A stretch of 63,890 nt of DNA, the filler included, from Choristocarpus tenellus KU-1152 (taxonomy: Eukaryota > Protista > Phaeophyceae), in NCBI GenBank assembly GCA_964200185.2. It is 9 parts of 9 records of this genome, joined end to end, with 100 filler letters (N's around TTAATTAATTAA, not from the genome) between each part and the next. Parts side by side here need not be neighbours in the genome. Positions count along the whole stretch, not along the records: positions 1 to 4,131 come from CAXNAD020016062.1; positions 4,232 to 26,961 come from CAXNAD020000279.1; 7 more parts are not named here. One strand, given 5' to 3'. Numbering within the stretch: the stretch's first letter is position 1; each line of letters opens with the position of its first letter. Below the pieces are notes generated by a model. It was not told the DNA's origin. It made no database searches and saw only the letters and a list, made by a program, of their open reading frames with translations. Shown here piece by piece: positions 1 to 13,400 of the stretch. The translations under genes and the position numbers were made by a program.

Positions 1-207
1 GGGAGGGGGGGGGGGGGGAGGCGGTCTAGCCCAGGGTGTCCGTTCGGACCCTGACCAGGTGTTGAAAAAATGGCCTATTTGAGTGTCTTTAGTCGTGGAG
101 GGTTGGTCCTGTTTTTATGAAGTGTGGAATATGCTGCACTTCAGACATGTCCTTAGTGCTTGGATTTGTGCGGACTGTGCTATGATGTCAAGATCAAACA
201 TTCTTGC

Positions 208-3200
208 CTTCTGAAAGTGTATAATGGCTGAGCTCATGTCTTGCGCGAAGCCCCTTCCATGTGCCTTCATCAGTCCAAGGTGGTAATGAGACTCAGCCAG
301 TCCTTGTGCTGCAGCCAATGAATGCCACTCACCTGCTTGCTGCTGACTGTGAGCGACGCCGAGCCCATATTCGTGTAGTATACCTGCTGTCATGGGTTGG
401 AGGTCTTAGGACAGATTGATTGCATGTGTGCACACAGGTTTGTGCATTCATATTATTGTATGTTTTGCTTGTTTTATGTATGCATGTGGATGTGGATAGT
501 TGGACATTGGGTGTGGCTGTTTCTATCCATGAGGGTAGAACCCAACAGCGGGATTCAAGAGAAGGAGCATTGCACGAAATAGTGAAATCGTTACAGGTCG
601 AGAAATGGAAATTTGGGCCCTTATGCGCCACACAACAGTTCTTTCCTTGTACACCCCAATTTGAATTGATTGGTGTTCTCAGGACATCGAAGGGTGAGAG
701 GATATTACCATACGGAGATCAACCAAGAAGATACCTTGAGAAATGGAAATTCTGGACATGACGGAAAATGCTGCAATGCAAGAGGTGTTTTATTATTCCC
801 GCAGGGGTTTTCTCAGAGTGATCACATTTCTGACAGCACCAAGGAGAGCATCTAATCGTATTTTCTTAGTTCCTTTGGGCCAGAGTATTCTGGAGGGTTA
901 AGATATTTAGCCAGGTTGCCCATTCGGGGCTAGATGAGTTGTTGTGAGATACCTCAGTTTGACGATCATTTTGCGGGTGGTTTCGTTAAATTTGGTCCTG
1001 GCAGGAGGATGGAAAGGGAAGGTTCGTTCAGATAAAGAAAATTGCCCTTACATCTAACACATTCAATTATATGATGCGAAAATCACTTCAGGGTCGCACA
1101 GGCCTTCAACGGACACCCGACCCCCTCTCGAGGATACTACCGGTCTTTTATAGTAGCTCAGATAGACTCCTTCCACTCCTACAGTTGTTCCACTTCTATA
1201 GCTTTGATATTTCAATATATCCTTATGCTAGACTGAGACTTCCCAAACACTTGGTTGAAAGGGGGATCAGAGGAGAGAGTGATAAAAAATTACTAGCAAC
1301 ACATGTAATGCAGAAATACTTCACAAATGAAGGAGATACAGAGTGGTGTAGCTAGGGAGGATGAAGCAAAACAGAATACAGAGTAGTCAACAACCACAAT
1401 GTTAGACTCGTTGCTCTGTTTGTAGTTAAAAATAAGCTGTCCATCCACACCTCAGCACTGTCCATTTCCTGCATAGAGTGCATAGAGAGTGCATAGATTC
1501 TAAACTGAATAGTACTCACACCAAACAATGAATCTCCAAACGTATGAAGCCAGCGGGGAACGATTTTGTTGTGAATTATGATATGGTTACAAGCATGCTA
1601 GCAAGAAGAGGCGATGTGTATGCTTTGAGTTGATACTGCGGGAATATATATGCTTAAAAAATCAGCTGACAGGGGATGCTTTTTGCTATGCGAGAAATTG
1701 CACGGTGGTTCTTCAACATTACTTCCTTTCAAAAAGAGTGTGCAGCACCTTTGGAAAAGGGGGTTTATGGAAGTTGTGTGTTGCCTGCAGTTGCCTGTAT
1801 ACACCTGTACAGTATGAGGGGTAAGGGGTAAAACCCCTCCCCAAAGTTTGTAGGTGAACTAGGATTAGAGCCATCCATTGTCGTTTCTGGTTTGTCGAAG
1901 GATCAGTGATGAATTGATGGGTCAGCTTTCACCATGTCACTGGCAATTGAACACTCTCAGGCCAAAAATTATACAAAGTTGGACAATTCCCTTGCCCTTA
2001 TTATCTCTGGTCAGAAATAATACCTTTGGGCGGTCCTGCCGCTTCTTTTCCTTCCCTATCTTGGAGACACTCACCCATGAAGTGTTGGCCTCTGGCACTC
2101 CCCTTTGATGCTGCACGGTAAAACCACTGGGGCAACATGGTGTACACAATTGCAACGACATTGGGATATGGAAGGGCAGGCAGGAATGTCAAAGGGGATA
2201 ATCCGTTACAATTCCAATGCATTGAACGAGGGGTAAATAGAAGAATGAAAAAATCCAGGGGACAGGCATGAAGCTCGTCAATAAGAAGGTGATACAGGGC
2301 AGAGGTTGTCACGAAGGTTTTGCCTCCATTGATGCTGACAATAGATTAATCCGTCCTCATTGATCATAACCATTTGTTGACAGTGGATAAGGCTCTATAC
2401 TGATAATGGCAGTAGAGACCTGAGCATAAGTTGGTATTCCACAAGTGCAAGATATCAGCAAGAAGGGGAAGACTTGTGTGTGGTGTGGTGGGGTAAAGAT
2501 GCTGTTCACACATCTATGGAAATTGAACACCAAGAATGAGGGAATACAGGGTTATACATTAAAATGGTGTCTATGCTGGTTTACTAACACGTTGTTGTTG
2601 GCATGTTCAGTTGTTCCCTGCTCCAGGAACAGTTATGCATCAGGTCTGATACGTGAGTGTTCCACCTGTTATTGTCCTACAGCAGTGGTCACCTTGCTGG
2701 CCTCTTCAAAGTTTGGCTCCTCTAGGCCCTTCCCCTCATAATACATCCTGACAATTATTACATGACACAGTGGTGGAATGGGTGGCATGAGCAGATGTAC
2801 CTTCCAGGAAGCTCACTGAATACCTTGTGTTGATGGACGAAGTAGACTTCCCTACTTCTGGATTGCCTTGTGATGTACAGCATTATACTTCCGATAAATT
2901 ATTTGCTTAGAAAAAGGTCCATTACTATCAACAGAAAGCTATTGCCACTACTCGGACAATCAATTCAGGATCAGATGGGTTGCATTGATATATTTCATTC
3001 TGAGAGACTCTAAAAGACCACTGGTCTAAAATCAGTGCAAATCGATTTTAGATGAGAAATTGAACCCTTTTGAAGAGAAGAACCATTTTGGAATATGTTA
3101 GTACAAATGAAAAAATGGACCAATAGAACAACACGGCGTACCTGTTGCTCTGAATGCACAGTCGTGTCTGCTTGGTGGGCCATCATAGCCAGTGTCAAGT

Positions 3201-3710
3201 GGTATGTACAGGAGAATAATTTTCGACAAAGCTATACGTTAACAATGCCTCTGGAACAGCAAATGCTAGCAAGTAAATTGTTTGATCACTTGGGCTTTTT
3301 TAACCCATAAATGTTTCGCACTTGATTCCACTTTTTTTTCTGAGTGGACAAGAATTTTGTGCTAAGGAACAGGCCTATGGTGTACTCAAGTATTCGGTAT
3401 GCGAGCACAGCACAGCAGCTGCAACTTAGCATGGTTTGTGTGTACAATCATAACAGCGAGATCTCTCAATACATGTTCTATGTATATAGCCATGATCCCT
3501 ATTGTTATCATTGGAATATTAATGATTTCTTAACAGATTGGATCAATAGGATACATTCATCCTGGAACCAACTCCTGGGGCTCCTTAAATTAAACTATTG
3601 CCACCTGCTGAGTGTATGTCACCTGCCTAGGAGCCACATCGCTTCCACATGTCCCTCGTTTGCAGCAGCACGGAACCAAGCCAGTGCTGCCTTGTAGTCT
3701 CGACTCCCAC
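208..3710 (-). CDS. SEL1-like repeat protein, internal fragment (exons 3623-3710, 2693-2747, 2075-2126, 208-383; both ends off-contig)
   Basis: Four phase-compatible exons splice to GGSRDYKAALAWFRAAANEGHVEAMWLLGRMYYEGKGLEEPNFEEASKWFYRAASKGSARGQHFMGILHEYGLGVAHSQQQAGEWHSLAAAQGLAESHYHLGLMKAHGRGFAQDMSSAIIHFQK. This gives consecutive Sel1 repeats (A..LG..Y..G.G...D...A..W...AA..G). The last donor is AAG|gcaaga (GC). Confidence 0.92.
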
Positions 3711-4131
3711 CTGTATTGTGTACAATATTATGAGGCAGGTAACCCATAGATGGTTGTGGCAAGAGGTGATGTAAACAAGGATAGTATCTTAAGGAGCAAC
3801 TGCTGCTTAGTCAAGTTATGTTTGGTGCGACCTTTTTTTTAAACTCAAACCCTAGCTGAATTCATGGAAGTGAGATAGACCTATGCCCATGTGTCTGTCT
3901 TTCCAATATCATAGTTATGTCTTTTGCAATGGTCCTGCGGAGAACCAGTGAGTGTGACATCTATCCAAAAGAGTGTTGCATCTTGACAATCATAGACGCT
4001 CCATCAGTGTTCCGGCAAGCCCTAATCGTTGCACTTTTGCAGCTCACTCAACGGTCAAAAGGCTCAAAGTATCTGGGAGGGGGTGGCGGCTGTCCATTTG
4101 GGGTCAATTTTTGTATGTCGCGATTTTTGGG

Positions 4132-4231
4132 NNNNNNNNNNNNNNNNNNNNNNNNNNNNNNNNNNNNNNNNNNNNTTAATTAATTAANNNNNNNNNNNNN
4201 NNNNNNNNNNNNNNNNNNNNNNNNNNNNNNN
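4132..4231. other. Artificial contig linker N44-TTAATTAATTAA-N44 (also 26962-27061, 29882-29981, 34825-34924, 40340-40439, 51245-51344, 54171-54270, 58639-58738)
   Basis: Eight identical 100-nt spacers with stop codons in all six frames. Confidence 0.99.
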
Positions 4232-4436
4232 GATGGGGGGACAAAAATGAAATGGTGACAACAGGCAGATGGGCACTGCTACACTTCAAACTATACTGCA
4301 CACAGTCAGAGCAAATACTAATGGCCATAGGAAAAGATTTAACAAAACCCTCGATAATGTATATCTGAAGCGTAATATATATATATATATATATATACTG
4401 TGCAACCTTAACCACTCATCACAATGGCCACATCAC

Positions 4437-7400
4437 CTGGAAACAATTTGGTTGCACAGCCTTCCCAACATCTCCACTGCAGCTGCTCCTACATCCAAGC
4501 CAGACTCGCTCACCTCTGAATCTGTTTCCATTTTCATCTGTGGAGGACTGGGTACACAAATTGCAGGAAGCAAATAACAGATTATCTAAGGTAGCAACAC
4601 GAATACGACTGAAAGTATCTTAGGGTTAGGGTACGAATTTTGCCCTGTTTGTCCATTTGGGGCTTGACTTCTCTCGGGATTTTTTATGGCATATTCCTAC
4701 TCCAAAATATTTTCTGAGTAGGTAAAATGTGTATGTTATGAAAAGGTGTGCCCGGAACAAGGATATTGGCACTTCCTGACAAACACGATACCCGAAATTA
4801 CATCTAATTCGCAACATTGGATGTTGGACCCCAAATGGACGCGGCTCTACCCTCTAAGATACTTTGCCTCATACTCAACCCTTCAAGAAAGGATGTCTGC
4901 ATGCAGTAAGGTATGGAGAGGTGGCAAGAAGGGCATGGATCACATAAAAATATTGTTACATAGGAGAACAATATCTTCGCATGTATACCCTTGTATACCC
5001 TTGTATACCCTTGTATACCCTTGTATATCTCACAAACTCTCATCACCGTGTTATCTCACAAACTTTCATTACCTACACACGATATTACAGAGTACAATAA
5101 AAAATCTTCAACTGAAGATTCTAACCAAGACATTATAAGTCTCCCCAATCCTCACCCAGCCTCCCTAAAATACAGGTATAATAAAATCATGCAGAAATAT
5201 ATCCAGAAGTGCACCTAGACCCCTTCAAAAATAAAAATTCCACACTACTGAAATTGCAATACCTATTCTCTCACCTACATCATCCCACCTGCGCAAAATG
5301 AATGTCCACATCTTTCAAACACAACAAACATGATACAATCACCATATCAAAGACACGCATACCTCTGATCCCAGTCGCCCTTGGTCTCCTCCACCACTTC
5401 CTTGACCTCCTCATCACACAAGGGATCACTGTCTGTATCCTTGACAAAATCCCCCTCTTCAAAATACGGCGAAGCTCTAGCCTGTCTCACGCCCTTGGCC
5501 AATCGCATACTTCCATCCTTCACCACAATATTCAATAATGCCCCCAAGAGAGTCATTGGAGAGACATGCACGTTCTCAGTATTTGAAGAGGACCCTTCAT
5601 CCTTTCTACCTTTGACTGCGTTTCTAGCTGGGGTCCACTTTGGGAAGGGGTTGTCCCTGGAGGGGTAGGCACAGAACATCTTGGCAAGTTCTGCAGGGCC
5701 TGACATGCGACGCATCAGAAGCTTAAGAGCCCGTAACTTCCCTTGGCGGATATCTCCCCTGGGAGGTGACAAGGGAGGTGACAAGGGAGGTGACAAGGGA
5801 GGTGACAAAGGGAGGTGACAAAAGGAGGTGACAAGGGAGGTGACAAGGGAGTGACAAGGGAGGTGACAAGGGAGGTGACAAGGGAAGTGAGATTATAGAG
5901 GTGGAAGGGGGGGGAGTGGATCAAGCAGATCAGAATTCAAAATGTTGTTGAATACCTAACAGCCATGACTGGATACACAAGGTGATTAAAAAAAGCGCGG
6001 TTGATGTGCATCTGCATTTCATACAACATTCAAGACAGGCTAGCAATGAACAAAAAATCGCATGCCGCATACTAAAATCAGAATCAATGAAAGAAATCAG
6101 GGAAGGAGCAAGGAAAGGAAGAGCAGTATGAATAGAACCAGAGTATCGTATCAAATGCTGCTTTTCATGCTTCATACACCACCTTCCTTCGCCCATCCCT
6201 AATTGACAAGCGTTACCAGTGCTTTGGTCACACAAATTGGACATACAGATCAGCCACACGCGGGCTTATTAAAAAGAAATCACACACAGTACAATACAGC
6301 ACGATAAACATACAGTGTAGTGCATTGCACAGAATGAAACCACTTACTTAACATACTGGTCTAGGTAGTGCACCAGGAGACTGCACCGCTCCTCACAAGT
6401 GGGATAGAAAATATCCATTGCCGCCACAAACAGACGGAGGCAGGCACGAGAAAGGTAGACAGCAATAGCCAGAGTCTTTCCAGTGTGAACTTGGTCCACC
6501 ACACGCAAAAGGAGCTTCTGGAGGCGCTCGAGATGATCTGCTGAGAAGAGGGTTACCACCTGAGAAGGGGATGATACACTGTAAGTTAGACCTAATACAA
6601 CAAAAAACACCCGGCAGTAGACGGTTGGTGTAGGCAGGTTAGATTAAACAGGTTAGGCAGGGGATATCAACCAAAGTCACAAGGTACTCTTGAAAGGTTA
6701 CTTTATATAAACCATTGTCATCACCTACCAAAAGAATCTTGGCCTTCACCCTAAGAGCTGTTGGAAACCAGGCATTCATAACGCTATTCCTGCCAACATA
6801 CCCACTAGGTATCCCCCAAGTACAAACGATATTAATGTGACCCTGTACTGGAAGAAATTCTTCCCTCTACATTTTGTACCCAATCCTTTTCTGTACAGCC
6901 TGTCAAACATCAGGTTAACTACAGTTCTCCATACACACCAATGTAGAAGACAGATTTTTCTGACAATGAAAGACAAGAGACCACATACCCATTTAACAAA
7001 TTATTCCCCTTACTTAGTTCTAGGTCTCTGAGGGAAACAAATCAGTGTAGTGGAAGAGTTGGCCATTCCACCCCACCCTAGACAAGTATCATACGAGTAT
7101 CATGTAAGTATCAGACAAGTATCAGACAAGTATCAGACAAGTATCAGACAAGTATCAGACAAGTATCAGACAAGTATCAGACAAGTATCATACGAGTATC
7201 ATGTAAGTATCAGACAAGTATCAGACAAGTATCAGACAAGTATCAGACAAGTATCAGACAAGTATCAGACAAGTATCAGACAAGTATCAGACAAGTATCA
7301 AACAAGTATCAGACAAGTATCTTGTCATTCACATTCATGTTCCCTTCAAAAATACACAGAAATCACAGTTCCATCATGAGGACCAATCACAACATATTCA

Positions 7401-10400
7401 ACAATGTCCAACACAGTTTGACTGAAGTCTCAAACATAAAGAGCATGCACATAGCCACAAGCACATCACCACAGGAAACATAGCTTACCTGCGCTGCTGT
7501 TGAGCCCCTTAGGAGCTGGTAGATCTGAGTGGTGAGCACATTGAGCACTGATAGCAGGATGCCCCCGTGCAAGGTGATATGTCCTGAAACCCATTCCGCC
7601 CTGGTCATCTCATCGTTAGCTCGTCCATTGGTCTGGGAGAGGGTCCCCTTTGCCACACTCTTGGAGGGTGCTGGGAATTCTCTGGGGGCAATACTATCCT
7701 TCAGATATTCTTGGTGCTGCAGTATCAGCTCCACAAGGCTATGCAAAGTCTCTCTGGATACATCAACACACATGTGCACCTATCAACACAATGAGTACCA
7801 AAAAAAGAAGCAAGGGAGAGAAGACAAATGAGACAGTTGATTCCACACACTCGAACTTGGTTCATAAGTCAGAAATCATACTATGAGAGAGGCGTTTCAA
7901 CACCACACAAACATGATATGATACCACACCTAGGCATTCCGTTAGGAAAGTCAACACCATTGAAAAAAAATAGCATACAGCCCATCTACTCTCTTGCCAT
8001 TCGACTAGACACTTCCTTATAAAAGTATTAGTCCACCCAGCAGTCATGAAATAGTTATCAAACAAACCCACCGAAGGAGTAGGCAGCCTCTGTCGAACAG
8101 TGGCACTGCCCTTGGTCCTCATCCTCAACACCTGAGGAACTGTGCCTGGTTTTGCCCCCTTCTTCCCAATCATGGCAAAGGAGCAGAACTTGTGTTGGCT
8201 TAAACTCATTACATTATCTCTACATGCCCCAACAGACACCAACGCCTTCCTCGCTGAGGGTGTCATGTGCCCTGAGCAGTCATGCTGCACAGCAATCATC
8301 ACCTAGGGTGAAGAGCACAGTCACAACACACAACACACAATAACACACACACACCACAAAGGGGTCAATGGAAGGAACCACCACATCATGCTCAGACACA
8401 CTACACTATTGAAACATGTAGGATTGGATTAACAAAGTAGCTCAGGATGCCAATATTTTATTGGTATCAATTTCCAATATACGAGTATACAAGTACTTTT
8501 GAGTACACGATTAAGAGGTATGTGGACTGGGTCAGCAACACAAACACAACAGGATTAAACGCATCTACAATCTATAAAACAAAACATTTTTAAGTACGAT
8601 ATTGGAGACACAAGATACATTTCACATTTGTAGCGACCATGTACAAAGGGACACACAAAACATCACAGTACTTGGGGTTAGGCAGGAAGAGGACAAAGCA
8701 CCTACACCACGCCTACATCACTTCTGTGAATGTGTCATTCAGTATCAAGTACAAGTACAAGTATTGTGGTACTTGTCTTCTCACCGTCAACCCAATGGTA
8801 ACACCATTAATGAAGTCTGCAAGGCGGTCTGCAGTGTGTTCTGAGTCCTGTGTTGCAAAATGTCTCGAATCGCTGGGGAAATTAAGACCCTCATCCATCA
8901 CAACCACATTGATCCCCGCCTCCTTCATGCAAGCATCTTCTCCTCGAACAAGCAGCCTACGTTCAAAAGGTACATGAAAAGAGGTATAGAAAAGAGGTAT
9001 AGTAGTCTTTTATAGGCTACAATTAGGGTCATGATTCAAGACAGGGTTAGGACTGAAGAAATACTTTCATTGGGTGGACAAGGTCAGGACAAGTCTTCTG
9101 ATTAATAACAGCAAGCAAAGTGTCAAGTAGTATTCAAGAGAGTCAAGAGAGACATGTCTCTTTTCCTCCTTGGGTCAAAAAAATACACCTACTAGTGCAG
9201 GTACAACATTACTAGCAGCACATTGGTGGGATATTGCGGTCAAGCATGATAAAAAAAAAGTACAATTGTTACCTAGCATATGCTCCCTACCATTACCCCA
9301 ACAATGCATTGTCAAGCATGGTGTACCTTGAGAAATTCCCGTCTTCAAGACCTCCTGATGAAGCCTCCAGCTCACACCCTGACCTTGCTTCTGCCACTGC
9401 CTCCTGAGAGTTATCAAACACATGAAAAAATATTTTTTTTAAATACACCATTCAAAACAGCAACTCTCTTCCACCTTACACTCTGCTGAGATCAGAATAC
9501 AAAGGTGGCTTTCTAAACCAAATGATTACACCAATTTAAAATGTGTATAGAATTACTGAGCATTCCATTAACTTTGTAGTTGGAGGAGTTTAGACAAGCC
9601 ATCAGAAAAAAAATTAAGGAAAAAAATAGATAAAAAGGGTCAATATTCACACATAGTCCACATATTCACATATGGAACAGATGTCAACAGTCTGTACATC
9701 AGGGTTGTCCTTTAATTGGCAGGGTCTTGGTAGCAACTCCAACAGGAAAGCACAGTCACAGTCACAGTCACAGTCCTCGTACTGAACTCTGAACTGGAAC
9801 CATGATTCAAATATTGAGGGCATAGAAATGTCCTCTCCAACTATCTTCCATGAAAAATACAACACAATCAATTTGCCTTGTTGTAGAAGTTATTCATTGC
9901 AATTAACTGTAGGTATTTTGAAAGCTACCTGCCCGCCATACCCATCCACTTGTTCAGAATAGGGTCTAAAGCATATTCGATAATAGAATGATAATAAATA
10001 TATAACAGTGTGCAAGAGGCAAGGAAGTGCAAGCACCTCAGGTGGTCCAAATGGTTCCCCCATCCTCTCCAGGTGGCACATGAGGACAGCTGCAAATCTC
10101 GTCGCCTCCAACCCCTCTAGCTCCTCAGGCGAGACTTGCCCCTCCACCTTAGGACAATCCAGGGGCTCCCCTAGTGCCTCCAAAACTTCAAGACGGTATT
10201 GGGGGGCACTGGATGTCAGCATTGCACACAGCCATTCCTGCTTCGCTCTCTCAAGGGCCTCCCCCTCCACAGAGGGTCTTTGCCCTGGCAAGGGGGGTAA
10301 AAAGACAGGTGCAAGCCCCTTGTTGCGCCATCGACAGAGCTGTTTTGAGGACAAAGACATGGGTGACCATGGCAAGGATAGAACAGATCAATGAAGAGCT

Positions 10401-13400
10401 GGACAGCAATAATTTTCCAAGGGCTACAAACAGGTTTCATGCAAAAATTGATTAACTGCACAACTACTAATAATGGCATTACTATCAATATACATACTGA
10501 AGGTAATAATGGCCTTTTCAAAGAGGTGGCAGTGCAACTTCCTCATAGGGATTTTCAATGTCTATTCGCCCACCTGCAGCAACTGCTGGTTCACACCTGT
10601 ACCTTGCAAAATATAAACTCAGTATACTTCAAATAATCATTACATTACATATCACAAATCTGTAAAATTATCACAAGTGGCATATGCTACATGCAAAAAT
10701 GTCAGCAAAACTAATGTTCCCCTCAAACACAAATACATCTCACTAATACATATCATGAACCAACCCATTTCTCAGTCGACCAACACACTCATCAATACTG
10801 CTCAGACCACAAACATCTATATGCGTACCTGCAGCTCTGCTGGGTCCCACCCCCAAATCATGTTATTTCGCTGATCATAGACCAGACCTTGTGGTGCAGC
10901 TAGCATACCCCTTCTTGAGGTAGATGCATTCCTCTGTACCTGGTACATCACATCTTCATCTCTCTCCACCGCCTCCCCCTCCTCTACAACTCCAACTCGA
11001 CATCTCAAGCAAACAGTCTCTGTGCCTAGGGCAACAGAGAGGGTTTGACATGGGGGAGGAGAGGGACAATGTTCACAATAAAAGCCTAAGGTCAAATCTT
11101 TACTACCCCGGGCCCATCATCTCATTATCTCAAAAGTATATATATATATATTAAGTATATGCACACAAGTAGAGAGGACAGAACACAACACATAAACAGC
11201 GATCTCACATACACACATGCACACATGCATACATGCATAACAGAAAAAAGGTCAATGCACATCTTGACATAGATAGGGAGAGACGTACTCGAAGATCTAT
11301 ATACAGTAGATCCCTCTGGAGGTCCCAGCAGCATCAAGCGTGTCCCATTGCACAAGATAGCACTCTGCTCCATCAAGGATTCCTCCACCCCCCACCCCAG
11401 CTGAACAGTCTTGACTATCTTGAAGTCATCCTGTGGATCCAAATAGTACACATCCAACTTCGCAATGCCATCATCTTTGTCTGATGCCCCTTGGCGCAGG
11501 CTGCAATTCACACCAAAAGAGATCATATCAATGAGGGGGGGGGGGGGGGGGGGAGGGGGCATAGGAAGACTGAGGTGTTGAGGGGCATAACCACAAAAAT
11601 AATTTGAACTGATTTTTAGACTTTCTTTAAAAAATCAGTGCACTTTTTTCGAGCCCTACAACTCCCTTCTACCATATTCATAGTACAATGGACTACACTA
11701 CACAGGCAATAATAACCCTGACCTCAACGTCCCTCACCAAATGTTGCAATTGCCTGCAGGTTAGTTTACATCTATGGGTGATGGAGGGGAGAGGACAAAT
11801 GAGAGCAAGGTCATCATGTGCAGTAACATAAATACATAAATACAAAAATACAAGGGTTCAACTGCTTTTTGCACATTTGTTATAAAATATGCATGCCCTC
11901 CTAATCTTACAACTCCTCTCCAAATGTTTACTATGACACCTATAAGTGCAATAACCTTGACCCCCTATGTACAAATCTTGTACATCATCATTACGATGTT
12001 GGTTATGAAGTAAGCCTATCCCTCAATCTCAACCATCCTCGCCTTTGATCTTGCATCCCTCTTGAGTGCCTTGAATGTACTAAGATGAGATGTCTGGAGT
12101 CGGAGGTCATCGCAGGAAATGGATGCATTGATGACCCCAAACCCATCGAGTCCAGGGGGCCAAATGCAACAATGCGGGAGAGCCTGCAAGCTGGAGGACC
12201 ATCTCTTCCCTCTTGACCATAGGTAGGTAGAGACAAGCTGCACCGAATAAACCTGTTTGTTGTCAAGGGTTAGGGTTACAAGAGGAGCTAGTCAACAGTT
12301 TCAAAAAGCTCAATAGCATCTCATATCTTGTATCCACTTTTCAAAATACCTAGAACCCTACCAGCTCTAACACTATCTCTAGATGGAAACCCATTTGTTG
12401 TATTCTACCCTTGTACTTCCCTGGTAAGAAAGTCATCAACAAAACAAAATGCATTGTAGCACAAGACCTGCTCAAGCTAAAACCCCCATGATCTTACCGG
12501 AGTCCTCTCATCTCCCACAAGTCAATATAGCCCTTGGCCAAACCAAACCAATTCAACTCAAGTAGTACCACAGTATTATCAATACATGCACAACAGTAAC
12601 CAATCCAAAACTAGTCAGCCCTAACCCTAGCTAGCCCTAGCCCTAACAGAAGCAGGAACATACTAAAGTCAATTATCGCACATACCAAAAGCAAAACCTG
12701 CAGGAAGTACCATAGGGCATTGAATTTGAACAATCACAAATGCTCACATTGCTCCAACACCTTGTTGTTCTTCAGCCTCCACAATGATGAGGTTTCCTGT
12801 TTGTGCATCAGGAAGGAGTTCTACCTCTCCCATTGTGCGCCAGGATTCACCGTCCTGAGATGTTTCTACAACCAACCTTGAGGAGAAAGGTTGTGAAAGG
12901 TTCAAGGGACAAGCGCGGAAGCACTTTAGCCAAACAGCGGACATCCAAAATGCCTGTCCAGAAAGTACAAACCAATTTCTCAATTACATTCTCTTCTCTG
13001 GTTCATGTCACCCTCCGTAACCATGCTATGTCATGGGGCAATTGAATTTTGAATTTTGTATGTCAAACAAAATGGGCAACAAGAAAAACCAAACGCATGA
13101 GGCATTGCACAAAGAGCTGCAAGCAACCCAGTACTGTACCAAATTAGTATTTCAGGTACGTAGCCAGTAAGATAATAGTGATTCATCTCCTTACAACAGC
13201 ACAACAAAAACTAATCCCAACCTCTTTTTAAAATAGGAGACCTTTCTCATCCCAACAGAAAGTGCCACCTCAGGGTCATAAAACCCAGTCATCAAGAGCA
13301 AAGCACTTGCAAATAAGAAGTACAAAATCTTGACTAATTTCCCCCCCTCCACCTTCTCCCTCCCCCCACACCACCCCTTGAACAGATTCTCCAAGATACC

